From the NCBI RefSeq assembly GCF_963921235.1, contig NC_086097.1:162194001-162258000 (forward strand): a stretch of 64,000 nt of DNA. The letters are read 5' to 3'. The position numbers and the translations under genes are program-made. This stretch comes from Mobula hypostoma (lineage: Eukaryota). The notes under the pieces are model-generated. The model searched no databases, was not told where the DNA came from, and saw nothing but the letters and a program-made list of their open reading frames with translations. Below are positions 25,906 to 39,045 of this stretch, piece after piece (the first letter of the stretch is position 1; the number at the start of each line of letters is the position of its first letter).

Positions 25906-26557
25906 GTAAGAGCTAAAATGGACCTTTCAGTTATGCTCAGTGAATATTAAATTTTAGAAGGAAATTTTAATAACAATTTTGAATCCTACAGGATCTTGAC
26001 AGGTGGAACACGGGTTGTTAATTCCCCATGCTGTGGTTGCTAAAAGTACAAATCACAATCATTGAACAAGCAGATGGCAAATAATATTATAGAGAAAATA
26101 TTGAATACTTTGAATATTAGGGAATCTAAACATTGAGGTTAGTGCAGGGAAGTGGCATTGAAGTAAAAGATTAGCTCAAAGTTTTATTAAACTGAGCAGT
26201 TTCAAGAGGCTATATGGCCTCCTATAGCTTCTGTTGACATGTGAACTGAACCTGAAAATTAAGATTAAATTTGTGATCTCATTGTAATCGCCTAGAATTG
26301 GGGTGCTTGGAAGTGTTTAAATTCTTTAGAAGGCTAATGCTAATGAGACTAGGACATCACTAGAACTGTCATGATGATTGCAAGAGATGAAGGATTCAGT
26401 TCAAGGACTGGAATCTAAAATTGTGTCTGGGAAATATCCTTACTGCAGTATATGAAGTGTTTCTAATTACATATTCTTTATCACACATTTTTGCATATTT
26501 GTCAGTGTTATTATAATGTAGTAAGAGTTTTGTCCTAATTTACTATTTTTCCAATAG

Positions 26558-26664
26558 AGCATGCAGCACCACCAAAGAAGCCACCTCGACCTGCAGCACC
26601 TAGCCATGGAGGAAGTATCGCTAGCCTTAATAGTCCTATTGAAAGTTACAATGAAGGAGTAAAG
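26558..26664 (+). CDS. PTK2: FAK coding exon, proline-rich region (EHAAPPKKPPRPAAPSHGGSIASLNSPIESYNEGVK)
   Basis: ccaatag acceptor in phase 1 matching the previous exon, AAG|gttagt donor, 107 nt; APPKKPPRP and SYNEGVK motifs. Confidence 0.96.
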
Positions 26665-27464
26665 GTTAGTATTTATTTTAAAAACATGTTTCATGCTAGT
26701 TTTGCTAGAGATGTCCACATCCTGTAAGATTAAATTTGTAAAGAAAGTTAATGATGCACCTGACAAAAATGATGTGAATTTTTTGTTGAAGACAATGGCT
26801 TGAATGAGAGTTAATTTTCTTGTAGACTACAGGAAAATCTGTATAAAAGCTTTCTTTAGTAAGGAATCAAACTAGTTGCTAGCAATTACAATTGTGTTTT
26901 TTTTCAATAAAAGCAGTAAATATCCAGATTTCACAGTGAGCTCCAGGAAGATGAAAATTGATCATCAAAGTTGTTTCTTTTGTAATTTCTCAAAATACAG
27001 TGTTTTGTCTACTTTAAATAATATGCTTTGTTACTGAGAATCTACATTTCAATTCAATTTCTTATCTTCAAAGGCACCCTTCAGGGTGGAGGATGATCTG
27101 CTCTCATTTCAGTTCTTTGGGTTCTGAGGTGGTGGAACAGGCAAATGTTGAGGCCCACAGACTTTGCCTCAGGTGGGGCAGAAAATGCTTGATGGGGCAG
27201 TGAATGGGCTTCTGTGTGCTACCAGTGAAAGGACTTGAGTTCTCAGTACTATCCCAAATGCCACAATTCTTTTTCTACCAAAAGTAAGACGTGAGTTACC
27301 ACAGGTTGGCAAAGGTATACCATTGGTTATACAGATCAAATGATTACACTGTGCATTGAGCTAGAATAAGGTAAACAGTAACAATGCAGAATAAGATGTA
27401 AATGAAACTATAAAGGTGCATTCAAGGTAAAGGTTAAAGTGCAAGATCATAATGAGTTAAAGCA

Positions 27465-29537
27465 TTAGAATTTGAATTAGTTTTAATGGTACCAGCGTAC
27501 AGGTTTCCCCCACTTTCCAAATGTAGAGCGTTCTTATGAAACGGTTCGTAAGCCGAAATGGCATAAAGCGAAGAAGCAATTACCATTAATTTATATGGGA
27601 AAATTTTTGGGCATTCCCAGACCCAAAAAATAACCTACCAAATGGCACATAAAACCTAAAATAACACTAACCTATAGTAAAAGCAGGAATGATATGATAA
27701 ATACACAGCTTATATAAAGTAGAAATAATGTATGTACAGTGTAGTTTCACTTCACAGAATCAGGAAGTTTGAGCCAAAATCGATTTGTCGAAAAAAATTG
27801 GCACGTACAGGCAAGTACACGTCACGCATTGGCACGTACATGCACGTCACACATGCACACGTACACGTATTCGCACATCACGCATGCGCACACATCTGCC
27901 CGCGAAAGACTTCATGGTCATGGTAGTCTTTCTCAGGATAAACACAAGTTTAAAGGGAGTGTCTTTTTTTGTAAAAGCAAAAATCCTCTTTCGGATAACG
28001 AAAACAGGTACTAATGTAGGTCTTTCGTAAAAGCAAAATGTTGTAAAGAGAATGTTCGGAAAGCGGGGTACACCTGTATGTCATAAAATTTGTTGTTTTG
28101 AGGCAGCAGTACATTGTAATACAGTATATAGTTATAAAAACTATAAATTACAATCAATATATATATAAAAAATAAATAAGTAGTGCAAAAAGAGAGGAGA
28201 AAAAATACAGAAGAACCGTTCAGGGGTTCATTTTCCATTCAGAAATCTGATAGCGGAGGGGAAAAAGTTGTTGTTGAAACATTGAGTGTACATCTTCAGA
28301 CTTCTGTACCTCTGCCTTAATGGTAACAATGTTTTGATTAATGACGTATCCTGGGTGATGGTGTCCTTAATAATGGATGCCACCTTTATGTAGCATCACC
28401 TTTTGAAGATGTCCTGAAAGCTGGGGAGGTTAGTGCTTACAAATTTCTGCAGCTTTTTCTGATCCTGTGCAGATGGTGATGCAACCAGTTAAAATGCTCT
28501 TAATGGTTCATCTATGGACATTTGCGGGTATCTTTGGTGACATACCAATACTCCTCAAACTCCTTATGAAATATAGCTGCTGTTGTGCTTTCTTTGTTAT
28601 TTCATCAATATGCTGAGCCCAGGATATTGTTGACACCCAGGAACTTGAAAATGCTCACCTTTTCCACTTCTGATCCCTCGAAGAAGACTGGTGTGTGTTC
28701 CCTTAATTTACCCTTCCTGAAGTCCATAATCATTTCTGGTCTTATTGATGTTCAGTGCAAGGTTTTTGGTGTGACACCACTCAACAAGCTGATCTATCTC
28801 ACTCCTGTACGCCTCCTCGTCACCATCTGAAATTCTGCCAACGATAGTTGTGTCGCTAGCAAATTTATAGATGTAGTTTGAGCTGTGCCTTGCCACACAG
28901 CCGTTGGTGGAGAGAGAGTAGAGCAGTGGGCTAAGCATGCATCCTTGAGGTGAGCCAGAGTTGATTGTCAGTGAGGAGATGATGTTATTTCTGACCCGCA
29001 CTGACTATGGACTCCTGGTGAGGAAGTCAAGGATCCAGTTGTAGAGGAAGGGACAGAGGCCAGCTTTAGGAGCATTTTAGTTAGAATTGATAATATGATT
29101 GTATTGAACGCTGAATTGTAGTCAATAAACAGCAGCCTGATACAAGTATAACTATTGTCCAGGTGATCCAAGGCCAAGTGAAGAGCTATGTGAGATTCTA
29201 TCCACTATAGACCTATTGTGGCAAAAGGCAATTTGCAGTGGATTTAGCTTCTTGCTCAGGAAGGAGTTGATTCTAGCCAGGACCAACCTCTCAAAGCACC
29301 TCATCACAATAGATGCAAGTGCACTCGGTGATAATCATTGAGGCAGCTCACCCTAGTCTTCTGAGGCACTGGTATGATTGTCACCCTTTTGAAGCACGTG
29401 TGAACCTTCAATGCAGCAGTGAGAGATTGAAGATGTCACTGAACATACCCACTAGTTGTTTAGCACAGGTTTTCAGAGCCCTACCAGGTATACCATCAGG
29501 GCCTGACACCTTGTGAAGGTTCACCCTCTTGAAAGAT
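27465..29537 (-). mobile_element. Rex1/Babar LINE (RT to 3' tail); continues at about 32480-32592 and 33470-33715 beyond later insertions
   Basis: ORFs 28708..29001 (GSPQGCMLSPLLYSL, KFASDTT), 28968..29177 ([14 protein letters not shown]), 33527..33712. Confidence 0.85.
27500..28076. mobile_element. Tigger/pogo MITE, same family as 45595-47205, with internal GCACGTACAC-like repeats
   Basis: TA|CAGGTTTCCCCCAC...GCGGGGTACACCTG|TA; first ~250 nt colinear with the element starting at 45595. Confidence 0.85.
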
Positions 29538-32479
29538 AGAAACATAGAAACACAGAAAATAGGTGCAGGAGTAGGCCATTCGGCCCTTCGAGCCTGCACC
29601 GCCATTTATTATGATCATGGCTGATCATCCAACTCAGAACCCCGCCCCAGCCTTCCCTCCATACCCCCTGACCCCCGTAGCCACAAGGGCCATATCTAAC
29701 TCCCTCTTAAATATAGCCAATGAACTGGCCTCAACTGTTTCCTGTGGCAGAGAGTTCCACAGATTCACCACTCTCTGTGTTAAGAAGTTTTTCCTAATCT
29801 CGGTCCTAAAAGGCTTCCCCTCTATCCTCAAACTGTGGCCCCTCGTTCTGGACTTCCCCAACATCGGGAACAATCTTCCTGCATCTAGCCTGTCCAATCC
29901 CTTTAGGATCTTATACGCTTCAGTCAGATCCCCCCTCAATCTTCTAAATTCCAACGAGTACAAGCCCAGTTCATCCAGTCTTTCTTCATATGAAAGTCCT
30001 GCCATCCCAGGAATCAATCTGGTGAACCTTCTTTGTACTCCCTCTATGGCAAAGATGTCTTTCCTCAGATTAGGGGACCAAAACTGCACACAATACTCCA
30101 GGTGTGGTCTCACCAAGGCCTTGTACAACTGCAGTAGTACCTCCCTGCTCCTGTACTCGAATCCTCTCGCTATAAATGCCGGCATACCATTCGCCTTTTT
30201 CACCGCCTGCTGTACCTGCATGCCCACTTTCAATGACTGGTGTATAATGACACCCAGGTCTCGTTGCACCTCCCCTTTTCCTAATCGGCCACCATTCAGA
30301 TAATAATCTGTTTTCCTATTTTTGCCACCAAAGTGGATAACTTCACGTTTATCCACATTAAATTGCATCTGCCATGAATTTGCCCACTCACCCAACCTAT
30401 CCAAGTCACCCTGCATCCTCTTAGCATCCTCCTCACTGCTAACACTGCCACCCAGCTTCGTGTCATTCGCAAACTTGGAAATGCTGCATTTAATTCCCTC
30501 ATCCAAGTCATTAATATATGTTGTAAACAACTGGGGTCCCAGCACTGAGCCTTGCGGTACCCCACTAGTCACCGCCTGCCATTCCGAAAAGGTTCCGTTT
30601 ATTCCCACTCTTTGCTTCCTGTCTGCTAACCAATTCTCCACCCACACCAATACCTTACCCCCAATACCGTGTGCTTTAAGTTTGCACACTAATCTCCTGT
30701 GTGGGACCTTGTCAAAAGCCTTTTAAAAATCCAAATATACCACATCCACTGGTTCTCCCCTATCCACTCTACTAGTTACATCCTCAAAAAATTCAATGAG
30801 ATTTGTCAGACATGATTTTCCTTTCACAAATCCATGTTGACTTTGTCCGATGATTTCACCGCTTTCCAAATGTGCTGTTATCACATCCTTGATAACTGAC
30901 TCCAGCAGTTTCCCCACTACCGACGTTAGGCTAACCGGTCTATAATTCCCCGGTTTCTCTCTCCCTCCTTTTTTAAAAAGTGGGGTTACATTAGCCACCC
31001 TCCAATCCTCAGGAACTAGTCCAGAATCTAACGAGTTTTGAAAAACTATCACTAATGCATCCACTATTTCTTGGGCTACTTCCTTAAGCACTCTAGGATG
31101 CAGACCATCTGGACCTGGGGATTTATCTGCCTTCAATCCCTTCAATTTACCTAACACCACTTCCCTACTAACATGTATTTCGCTCAGTTCCTCCATCTCA
31201 CTGGACCCTCTGTCCCTTACTATTTCTGGAAGATTATTTATGTCCTCCTTAGTGAAGACAGAACCAAAGTAATTATTCAATTGGTCTGCCATGTCCTTGC
31301 TCCCCATAATCAAATCACCTGTTTCTGTCTGCAGGGGACCTACATTTGTCTTTACCAGTCTTTTCCTTTTTACATATCTATAAAAGCTTTTACAGTACAT
31401 TTTTATGTTCCCTGCCAGTTTTCTCTCATAATCTTTTTTCCCCTTCCTAATTAAGCCCTTTGTCCTCCTCTGCTGAACTCTGAATTTCTCCCAGTTCTCA
31501 GGTGAGCCACTTTCTCTGGCTAATTTGTATGCTACTTCTTTGGAATTGATACTATCCCTAATTTCTCTTGTCAGCCACGGGTGCACTACCTTCCTTGATT
31601 TATTCTTTTGCCAAACTGGGATGAACAATTGTTGTAGTTCATCCATGCAACCTTTAAATGCTTGCCATTGCATATCCACCGTCAATCCTTTAAGTGTCAT
31701 TTGCCAGTCTATCTTAGCTAATTCACGTCTCATACCTTCAAAGTTACCCCTCTTTAAGTTCAGAACCTTTGTTTCTGAATTAACTATGTCACTCTCCATC
31801 TTAATGAAGAATTCCACCATATTATGGTCACTCTTACCCAAGGGACCTCTCACGACAAGATCGCTAATTAACCCTTCCTCATTGCTCAAAACCCAGTCCA
31901 GAATAGCCTGCTCTCTAGTTGGTTCCTCGACATGTTGGTTCAAAAAACCATCCCGCATACATTCCAAGAAATCCTCTTCCTCAGCACCTTTACCAATTTG
32001 GTTCACCCAATCTACATGTAGATTGAAGTCACCCATTATAACTGCTGTTCCTTTATTGCACACATTTCTAATTTCCTGTTTAATACCATCTCCGACCTCA
32101 CTACTACTGTTAGGTGGCCTGTACACAACTCCCACCAGCGTCTTCTGCCCCTTAGTGTTACGCAGCTCTACCCATATCGATTCCACATCTTCCCGGCTTA
32201 TGTCCTTCCTTTCTATTGCGTTAATCTCTTCTTTAACCAGCAACGCCACCCCACCTCCCCTTCCTTCATGTCTATCCCTCCTGAATATTGAATATCCCTG
32301 AACGTTGAGCTCCCATCCCTGGTCACCCTGGAGCCATGTCTCTGTGATCCCAACTATATCATAATCATTAATAACAATCTGCACTTTCAATTCATCCACC
32401 TTATTACGAATGCTCCTTGCATTGACACATAAAGCCTTCAGGCGCTCTTTTACAACTCTCTTAGCCCTTATACAATTAT
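29538..32479 (-). mobile_element. Young CR1 LINE with virtually complete ORF2 (APE endonuclease + RT), one nonsense codon, ORF1 absent
   Basis: ORFs 30723..32399 and 29634..30689 share a frame, separated by YLDF*KAFD; NARSIRNK, GITETW, GDFN, SDH motifs; (TTTCTATG)n tail. Confidence 0.97.
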
Positions 32480-34549
32480 GATGTTCTGACTTCGGCCTCC
32501 GAGACAGAGATTAGAGGGTCACTGGATACTGCAGGGATTCGCATAGGTGTAATATTATTCGCCTTTTCAACGCATGCATAAAAGTTGTTGAACATCAAAG
32601 TTGAAAGTCTATTTATTATCTTAAGTATCTACACCTATATGCAACCTAGAGATTCATCTCCTTACAGGTCGCCGCATAACGAAGAAACCCAATGGAACCC
32701 ATTTTTAAAAAATACTGTCAAACACCCAATGTGAGAAGAAAAAAACAAATCATGCAAACTATAAAAGTAAGCAAATAATATTCAAAATTGAAGTTCACCA
32801 AAGTGAGTCCACGGCCACAAAGCCAGTCATCACTGCAACTGATTCAGGAACCCATCATTTGCAGGCCACAGCCTCAGTTCATTGCAGAGACGAGTAAATT
32901 TTGTGAAGCTGAACCCTTGCCTCTGGCCCCAACCCCCTGACTTTTTCAGTCTGGCTTGGCACTTAAATCGGCCAAATCTCAGATTGTTCCTTGCTGTACG
33001 ACTCTGGGCTTGTTGCTTCAATACACTCTCAGGACCGGTCCCCGTTGCCTCGACTTGGCCCATACCCAACCCTTCTAATATGGCCTGGTGTTTCAATCAG
33101 TCAAACCTCAAGTCTTTCCTTGCTCTCAGCCTGCTAGCACCTTGACTCTGCCTCGCCTTGCTTTGGTTCTGCCACATCGAATCACCTCCAAGTCCACTCC
33201 GACAATGGCCAAACATTAACTCATTCCCTGCTCTTGGGCCCTGACCTCGCTACCTCAATTTAGCTCATATACGCCACACTGCAGCACTCCTGCACCTTTG
33301 AGACTCTAGTTCACACCACAAAAATGTTAGGTCGCACAAGCAGTTCAAAGCTCAGCTCCAAAAGGGAAGTTAAGTGCTATTGATTTCAGTAATTGTATCT
33401 GAGAAAAAGTGTAATTAATACACTAAAGCATCAGTACCATTCATGATGTTAGGTTTCACTTTATAGGAAGTTATGGCCTAAATTCTGCCAGAGCTGATGT
33501 GCATAGGATCCTGTCTCTAAACTCAATCAGAATTGTTTCTTTGCTCTTAAGATGGCCTTTTGCAGGTCATATCTGGACTTCTTGTATCCTTCTGAATCAC
33601 CAGTCTTGAACATCACAGATCTAGCCCTTAGCAGGCTACGAGTCTCCTGGTTCATTAACTGCTCTTGACTTGGGTATATTCGGTGTGTTCTCGAAGACAC
33701 ACTCATCCACACTCATCATGTGAAGCCAAGAGTCCATCTTATTATACAAAATGTTTGTTCAAGAGTCTGATAAAGATTGGATAGAAGCTGTCCTTGAGCC
33801 TGGTAGTATGTGTTTTCAAGCTTTTGTATCTTCTGCGTGATGGAAGAGGAGAGAAGAGAGATTGTCTGGAGTGGGTGGGGTCTTTGATTATGCTGGCTGT
33901 TTTACAGAAGCAGCAAGTATTGACAGAATCCATGAGGAGAGGATGATTTTTCCGCCAAATGCTGTGGGCTGAACACTGGACCCATTTGGCTCTAATTAGA
34001 GCATGAATGCTGGTGGTATTGACCTGGAAGAGGCCATTGGCATTGGTTTATTGGCAGAACATCTCTGGTGCATCTTCAGCATGAGAAGTGCAGTGATGAC
34101 TGATGCTCGGTAGATAATGAGCTTTATCCCAACTTCGAGGTCTTCAAACACTCTTTACATCTGATGGCAAAAGGTTATACTGGAACATTAAAAACAATGA
34201 TAAGTTTGATTATTAATGGCTGAGAGGTGACTTCCAAGGTATGGAACATGGTCCAGATGTTTGAGTCTTATCATGGATCTTTCTTGTCAGAATGGAATAT
34301 TCGTTGTTGACCTTTGTTTTGCAAACGTTAATGCCCATTTTCTCATCTGCTTCAATGAATAAGTCTTTGATAACTTGGAGATCAGCCCATGCACTTGAGT
34401 GCATGCAAGTGCTTACTGTGTGTTGCAGCAGATTACTGAAGTTGGCATGATCTTGTTTCTGGAATGAGGTTGTATAGGTTGAGCGGCTGTACAAACCTTG
34501 TCAATTCCTTTGGAAAGCTTATTAGACATGAGGTGGAGTTTTGGAGTGG

Positions 34550-35630
34550 CCCTGTGGCCCTCATGTCTGTGCTGACCATAATGCCTATCCATATTACTCC
34601 TTCCTCCTACATTAAATCAGCATCCTTCTACATGCCTTGATCATTCAAGTACCTATGAAGATGTTTCTTAAGTGTTTCCCTGTCTTCACCACTTCCTCTA
34701 GCAGCTTATACCAGATACCAATTACTCTATGTTGAAGAATTTACCCTTGGATCCCTTTTAAACTTGCTCTGTAAGGCTATCCGTTAAGCCTATGCCCTTT
34801 AGCTTTAGACATTCCAACCACGGGATATGACACTGGCTGTCTACACTATCTATGCCTCTCATAATTTTATATCCCTGTTGTTGTGTCACCCCCTCAGCTT
34901 CCTTTGTTTCAGGAAAACCTGTCCAATATATCCTGGTAATTCAAGCCCTTCAATCCAAGCACAATGCTTGTGAATCTTTTCTGGACCCTCTCAAGCTTAA
35001 TCACATCTTTCCTGTATGTGATAATCAGAACTGCACACAATACATTAAGGATAGCCTAGCCAACACTTTATACAGTTGTAAAATGATAGCCCAAGTCTGA
35101 TTAATAATGCCTTGGCCAGTGAATGCCAGTATGCCATTTTCCTAACTCACCATCATGTGTTTCTTTCTATGTATTTATACCTCTGGGTTCTGTTCAAAAG
35201 CATCTTTCTGGGGCACTGCTATTTACAGTATCTATCTTGCCCGTGTTTAATTTCCCAAGATACTTCACTTTTCACTAGTCCAAGTTAAATTTCATCTGCC
35301 ATTTCCTATCAAAAGTTTGCTTCTTCCAATTTAGAACTTCAACTTTTTCCACTAATGTTGGGTTAGACTAGAACTAGAGGTCTTCAGTTAAGAGTGAAAG
35401 ACGAGATGTTTAAGGAGAACATGATGGGTGTGAATGTGGAACGAGTTGCCACCAGAAGTGGTTGATCTGGGTTTGGTTTCAACATTTAAGAGAAATTTGG
35501 ATAAGTGCATGAATGGGAGGTGGGCTATGGTCTGGGTGCAAGTCAATGGGACTAGGCAGAATAATAGTTCGGTACAGACAACATGGGCTGAAGGGCCTGT
35601 TTCTGTGCTTAATGTTCTTTGACTCTATGA
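34550..35630. mobile_element. Two degraded CR1 3' fragments in divergent orientation (minus about 34550-35330, plus about 35360-35630)
   Basis: CVQF* remnant on minus; WNELPPEVV..FKRNLDK on plus. Confidence 0.65.
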
Positions 35631-36770
35631 CTAATCTTTTCTTTTTCTTGAACCTAATAGAATTATGGTTACCGGTCCCAAATATTCCCCCACTGACATA
35701 TAATCCGCTTGGCCAGCTTCAATTCCTAAGAAGAGGTTGAGTGTAGCTCCTTCTTTTGTAAGGCCATCAATGCATTATTTCAAATACATTTTAGAAGTTT
35801 TGCCCTATATGAACCCTTGGTCCTCTAGCAGTCAATGTAAGTAAGAAAATTTAAAATTACCTTATATTGCAACCCGATTGTTCATACAGTCATAAAGGTT
35901 TTTCATCTTGTGCATCAACTCAGTTTTTTACCAGCCACAGACACTGGCTAACCTGCTTAGTAAGCATTTTTGTTTTCGGTTCTGATTTCAGCATCCCACT
36001 TTTGTGCTTTAAAAATTGATTTTTTTTATATAATTCCAGTAAAAATGTACAAGGATTGAAAAGATGCAAACCTTGCCAGTATTGAAAGACGACTATTGCT
36101 CTATCTTAAAAAAGTTGAATAAATTATTAAATAAAAATAATTTATGCAGTCTCTCAAAAGGAAGATGTGGAGTATTACTTCCAACTTAAATGTCAGAAAC
36201 CATAATCCATATGTCATTAATGTGTCTTTGTAGAGTAACTTTGAAGTTGTTTTCTTTTCTCTTAGCTGTTCTATAAGGAAGGACTTATTAATGTTAACAT
36301 ACATATGTTGTTTTAAACAAGCTTGTTCATTTGTACAGTACATATCTTTTTTCCACACTTTATTGTATCTTTAAGTTTTATCTTTCAGTTTGCATTATTG
36401 GCTGAAACTTTTTTTTTTAATTATTGTTGTTGGCAAGTCAAACATTTTCCTGCTTTGCTGTTTGTTTTGCCAAGCTGTTTAATTTTGTAATTTGTTGGCT
36501 GTGTGATTTAATTTGCATGATTTTAAAGAATCTTTTCAGTTCAATTGAAATCTTTTGAAAATGAAATTATGTGCACAGCTTTAAAATTGCGCTCTAACAA
36601 GATTGATGCATGAAATTTTTAGAATGCATTTTCTTCACAGCTTTTAACATAGTTTGGTTAACTGCACATTGCGTTATTTGTTTGCTTGCTGAATTTTTAA
36701 TAATTGTTTTCCTTTTTTTCCCTTATTGGTAAATTTCTTTAACCTTCCTTCACATTGTGTTCACCAATAG

Positions 36771-36779
36771 CCGTGGAGG
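36771..36779 (+). CDS. PTK2: 9-nt alternative microexon encoding Pro-Trp-Arg (FAK+ isoform)
   Basis: caatag|CCG TGG AGG|gtaagc in phase 0 between the EGVK and IQPQE exons, the known position of the PWR insert; 116-nt AG-free pyrimidine-rich zone upstream. Confidence 0.93.
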
Positions 36780-37358
36780 GTAAGCAAATAATATGTGCAT
36801 TTTTTCTTTTATTTTAATCTAACTTTTGAATATTATGTCTGTTCATATAAGGTGATTTGAAAAGGGTTGTATAATTCCAATGTGTTTATATTATGCCAAT
36901 TACAATATTTAAGTAAGTTTATTATATAGTAGTGCCCTTTACATAAAATCCTAGGCATGAATAAATAAGATTTATTTAAGAGTGGTTCATTGTATTATGC
37001 TGGTCGTTTCATGCATGCTATTTCCTTTGGCTCTTTGAAAGAACACTCCAATTGATCACATTGCCAATCTGTTCCCCAAGCCCTAAAAAACGCCACATTG
37101 AAGTGTAAATCCAATTCTCTTCCGAAAATTATCTCAAAATGCTTCCATCATCTTTTCAGATAATGCATTCCCAATAGTTAGATCACAAGTTGAGAAATAC
37201 TTGATTCAGTAATAATGCATTATGAGGTCCAGTGAATTAATTTTTAATAACTGCTACAACATTTGAGAATTTTTAAATGTTTATAAAATTTGAAATCCAG
37301 TCATATTTGAAGACAAAATGACACAAAAATTAATAGGTAACATCTTAATAGGATTGTG

Positions 37359-37956
37359 CAACAAATACAAAATGCTGGAAGAACTCAGCAGCTCAGGCAA
37401 CATCAATGGAAATGGATCAACAATCAATGTTTTGGGTTGAGACCCTTCTTCAGGACTGGAAAGGAAGGGGGAAGATGCTAGAATAAGAGAATGGAGGAAG
37501 TGAAGGAGGATGGCTAGAAGGTAAAAATGAAACCAGGGGGGTGGGAGAAGGGGGGATGAAGTAAGAAGCTCACTGGTGATAATTAAAAAAGACAAAGGGC
37601 TGAAGAAGAAGGAATCTGATTGGAGAGGTGAGTTGACAATGAGAGAAAGGGAATGAAGAGGGCCACCAGGGGGAGGTGATAAGTAGATGACAAGAAGTAG
37701 TAAGAGGCCAGAATGGGGAAATGAAGAAGTTGGGGGGGGGGGCGGGAGTAATGGAAGTTACTCATGCTATCAGGTTGGAGGCTACTGGAAGGGGGAATAT
37801 ATCTTCCCCCTTCCTTTCCAGTCTTGATGACTGGTCTTGGCCTGAAACATTGACTGTTGATTGATTTCCATAGATACTGTCTGCCCTGCTCAGTTCCTCA
37901 AGTATATTGTGTGTGTTATTCTGGATTTCCAGCATCTGCAGGATCTCTTGTGTTTA
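37359..37956. mobile_element. Penelope-like remnant with inverted terminal-repeat halves
   Basis: 14-bp TSD TTAATAGGATTGTG at 37345-37358 and 37957-37970; GATGCTGCC..GCTGAGTTCCTCCAGCA-type repeat on both strands. Confidence 0.82.
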
Positions 37957-39045
37957 TTAATAGGATTGTGATCTCTGAGATTCTGAAATGTAGCAAAATT
38001 AGTGATTATTACTTGTCGTGATGTAGGCAGAAAAATAATTTCAAAAATGCTGATGCAACAGTAGATGATTGTCACACTATAATCTGCCTAGCTAAATTTT
38101 ACCTAGTGTCCAGTGCACATGGAGAAACTTCTACCCTTATTCAAATTGGGATCTGATAATTCAATCTATACAGCAGATAAGCTGGTCACATAAACTCTGT
38201 AAGTCTCATAGCTTAATTGATAAACCATGGAGAGAAAAAGGAACAATCCCAGAGAAAATGTGTTCTTTTGTACCACCAGCAAAGACAAGATTCTTTATTT
38301 GAGTCTATTGTGCAAAACCAAGTTATGCATTAATTCACTGTGTATTCATACTGAGTGTTTCAAATTTAAAAGTTCAAGAGAAAACATTTTGAATTAAAAC
38401 ATTCCTGAGATGATTAGCAACTTCCACTTCTCCTTAGCTTTGCTTATGCCCTTTTCTCATCAGATATTGGATGTGGAACTATCACTGTTTCTATATAAAA
38501 AGTTTCCATCAACTGAAAATCATCACTTAAAAATGACCAATGTTTGTGTTGAAGTCTGGCATTCTGACTTTTTTCCCTCCATCTCATCCATAAACTGAAA
38601 AGATGCACTACTTCTTCTGAAGACGTAAGTTTGGTTGAATTACTGCAAGAGGAAAACCAAGCAACTTTCACATCTATTTAATCTCTTTTTCCAGAACTTA
38701 TGTCACAATAAACTAGTTAAAGCAAAAAAGTACAATGCACCCCAAAATGATAATTATCACAAGAATTGCTCAATTACCTTCCTTCCTTCAAGCTGTGGGT
38801 TTCACAGTAAATGTATTAGGAATATTCATTTGACTAAAAGTGACCATTTTCTGTTCAGCGCATTGTCATCTCAGGGATTTTCTTCAGACAGACTTGAAAT
38901 GAATAAATATCTAAGCCAGCAGATGACTGTGATCACATAACATGAATGCTGACTATAATCTCAAGCTGGCAATTCATAAGAAATTCCCTAATTCTCCACC
39001 CCTGCTTTTTTTAAAAAAAAATCTTTCATGCTAGGAACCTTGTAA

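Noticed and set aside
27795..27900. GCACGTACAC-like repeats as a CRISPR-like or His-rich coding array
   Set aside because: Degenerate tandem repeat without spacers inside a MITE in eukaryotic DNA
29611..32301. Long plus-strand ORFs (230, 134, 258 aa), and similarly 16027..16599 on minus
   Set aside because: Antisense shadows of CR1 ORF2, not independent genes
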